From the NCBI GenBank assembly GCA_039545335.1, contig BCIN01000007.1, positions 62,001 to 126,000 on the forward strand: a DNA stretch of 64,000 bases, in the 5' to 3' direction. The notes under the pieces are model-generated. The model ran no database searches, was not told the DNA's origin, and saw only the letters and a list, made by a program, of their open reading frames with translations. The translations under genes and the position numbers were made by a program. Below are positions 61,433-64,000 of the stretch, one piece after another. Source of the stretch: Kondoa subrosea. Lineage: Eukaryota. How positions within the stretch are numbered: position 1 is the first letter of the stretch; each line of letters starts with the position of its first letter.

Positions 61433-63755
61433 ATGTCCTCTACTATGGCATCAACATCCGCTTCGAATCATCCTCTATTTTCAAATTTGACACCTCATTT
61501 ACCTACTTTAGCAGAAGCAGAACCTACGAAAATTGCTTTGGATGCTTTCAGACTAGCCGCTGCTATTCAATTAGCTAAACATTTCGATATTGAATTGTCA
61601 AAAGCATTCACAGATATTGAAACAGGCAAGAAAGGTCTGTTCCACGTCGTATCATAGAGTAAAAGAATACTTACTGGGAAAGAAACAGGTTATGATTTGA
61701 ATATTCCTATACCCAAATTGAAGATCAAGGGAGATTCGAAAAAGATGGCCCAGGAATTAGCAGCCAATGTCAGTTCATTTTCCCAATCAAGAACATGCAC
61801 TGGTCTGAATAAACCGACTCATTCTTGCGGGGTAATAGTTTGAAGCCAATGATTATTTGGAAGGAGTCGAAGTCAATGGTATCAACGTATCCTGGCGATT
61901 CAGAACATCAACATTAGCTAAACTTGTGCTTAATCAAGTGAATGAATTAACGCATTATAAACCTCAAGGTTCAGATCAAGAAGAGAAACCTTGTTACGGA
62001 TGCAATACTTCTGGTTCAGGGAAGCATGTGGTTATCGATTACTCTTCACCAAATATTGCTAAACCTTTTCATGCTGGTCATTTAAGGTCAACAATCATTG
62101 GTGCTACTTTAGCTAATTTGTACGAAGCGAATGGATGGAAAGTTACAAGATTCAATTATTTAGGTGATTGGGGAAAACAATTTGGGATCTTGGCTGTTGG
62201 ATTTGATAAATATGGAAGTGAAGAAGAATTGGAAAAAGATGCTATTACTCATTTATACCATGTTTACGTCAAAATCAATACCGATGCATCGAAAGAAGAA
62301 GCGGATTGGTTAGTTAAGAACAGAGCGGAAAGGAGGGAAAAGGGTGAAGAGAATGTTCCTGCTGATGGAGTTGATGCAACTCAAGAAGAAAGGAGGGAAG
62401 CGAATGCCAATTCTCCAACGCAAAATGCTGCCAGAAAGATCTTTGGTCGCATGGAAGCAGGTGCGATCATTGATCTGCTCGGCAGTTTACATTGCTGAGT
62501 ATAGTCCATATCGATGTGTACAGGCGATAAAGAAGCTCTAGCGATATGGACTCGATTTCGTGATCTGTCCATCGCCAAGTACAAAGAAGTTTACGCTCGT
62601 CTCAACATTTCCTTCGACATCTATTCCGGAGAATCTCAAGTTACAATGCAAGGTCAATTGGATGCGATTGCACAACTCAAAGAAGCTGGTCTAGCTTCGA
62701 TAGATAAAGGAGCTACCATTATTGATTTGGAGAAATACAAGCTTGGTAAAACTGTGCTTCAGAAAAAGGATGGAACAACCATCTATATTTCTCGAGATAT
62801 TGCTGGAGCGAAAGAGAAGTTTGAGCAATATGCGTTTGATAAAATGCTTTATGTCGTAGCTGTGAGTCACCAATGCTGCTTTTGCGAGGGATGTCCTCTA
62901 AACAGATGGAGTGTCGGCTCACAGTCACCTCAAGAACTTCATTTCGCTCAGCTATTCAAAGTCCTAAATCTCATGGGCTACGAATGGGCAGATCGATGTC
63001 AATACATTTCGTTCGGAATGATCACTGGCATGTCTACTCGAAAAGGAACTTCAGTCTTCTTGGAACAGATCTTGGACGAAGCTAAAGATACGATGCATGA
63101 ACAAATGCAGAAGACGGCAGATAAATATAGTCAGATCGAAGATCCTATGTACACGAGTGATGTATTGGGGATGTCTGCAGTGAAGATCCAGGTGCGGAGT
63201 CATGAAGTAATTAGCAAAGTCGCTTGCTTAAATTCTCTTGACTTGTACAGGATATGAGCGCCAAACGAGTCAACAACTACAACTTTGATTGGGCTCGGAT
63301 GACAAATTTCTTGGGTGATACTGGACCGTAAGTCAATTCATTCTACCCTTTAATCAACGCCGACCGTTTGATACAGATACCTTCAATACGCTCATGTTCG
63401 AGTATCGTCAATCGTCAGGAAAGCTGGACCTGATGTAGTCCTACCACCTCCGGATCAAATCATTTCCAAGATCAACACTTCTCTACTCACTGAACAAAAA
63501 GCTCGAGATGTATTACTCATCATTGCTGCGTACCCAGATGTAGTCAAGACTGCCCTGAAAGTTCAAGAACCTTCAACGATTGTGAATTGGTGTTGGAGAC
63601 TCACGCACGCTGTGAGTAGTGCGTATGAAGTGTTGATTGTTAAAGGTCAAGAGGAGGAAGTCGCTTTGGCTAGGTTGTTGCTTTACGTGTGCGCAAAGGA
63701 TGCGTTGGCGGGTGCTATGAGGTTGCTAACGCTAGTGCCTTTGGAGAGGATGTAA
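61433..63755 (+). CDS. RARS: Arginyl-tRNA synthetase
   Basis: DYSSPNIAKPFHAGHLRST, NYLGDWGKQFG, YSGES, YISRDI, GMSTRKG, GDTGPYLQYAH, LERM*. Confidence 0.97.
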
Positions 63756-64000
63756 TTGCATTACTAGATCAGAATCATTTCCAATTGCGTGCACACTTCA
63801 TAGAATTGTAGAATCTGCATGCTTGTCTCCATACCTCGATACCCTTCAACCAAACATGGAAGCTCGTCGTTCAACTTATTCACCTTCTTATCAAGTCTCA
63901 TTGAATTCCTGCTTGTCCTCATTACAATCATGCAATACTTCAGCGAGTTCTCATTTCTTGTATTTTGTTCGAACCTTGTCTTATCATTTACGCGTGCCTG

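Noticed and set aside
63764..64000. Open minus-strand frame at the window end
   Set aside because: No motif or start context; cannot be told apart from UTR.
1..64000. Transposons, tRNA, rRNA
   Set aside because: No transposase or RT motifs, terminal repeats, cloverleafs or rRNA sequence recognised by eye.

Overview
Gene-dense, intron-rich fungal genomic DNA with typical introns of about 45-65 nt and donors such as GTAAGT, GTCAGT, GTTCGT and GTGCGT. It is most likely a basidiomycete (inference). About 33 spliced genes or pseudogenes are recognisable by manual splicing. Conserved genes: SMC1 3' end, MIX17, an old-yellow-enzyme oxidoreductase, HSP20, an Mgr3-like TPR protein, RCF1, CBP3, MUS81, two MFS transporters, STT3, TFA1, DBP4, dynein light chain LC8, Y14/RBM8A, a P-loop kinase, a RED-like protein, a P450, an MBL-fold hydrolase, an SDR, PIMT, ELYS and arginyl-tRNA synthetase. 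There is also a four-member F-box family and several orphans. The most notable locus is the P-loop kinase gene (37421-39203). Its 431-nt first intron holds a box C/D snoRNA whose guide matches the 5.8S rRNA Gm75 site. It also has a 179-nt intervening sequence made of three abutting intron-sized units (recursive splicing or a poison exon), and it ends only 38 nt before the next gene. Other highlights are an intron duplicated around a 9-nt microexon, an inverted F-box+HSP20 duplication, a decaying-gene zone at 43-49.5 kb, a probable non-AUG mitochondrial ArgRS extension and a P450/MBL/SDR cluster. Coordinates of spliced genes are start-to-stop spans from hand splicing; no searches were run.
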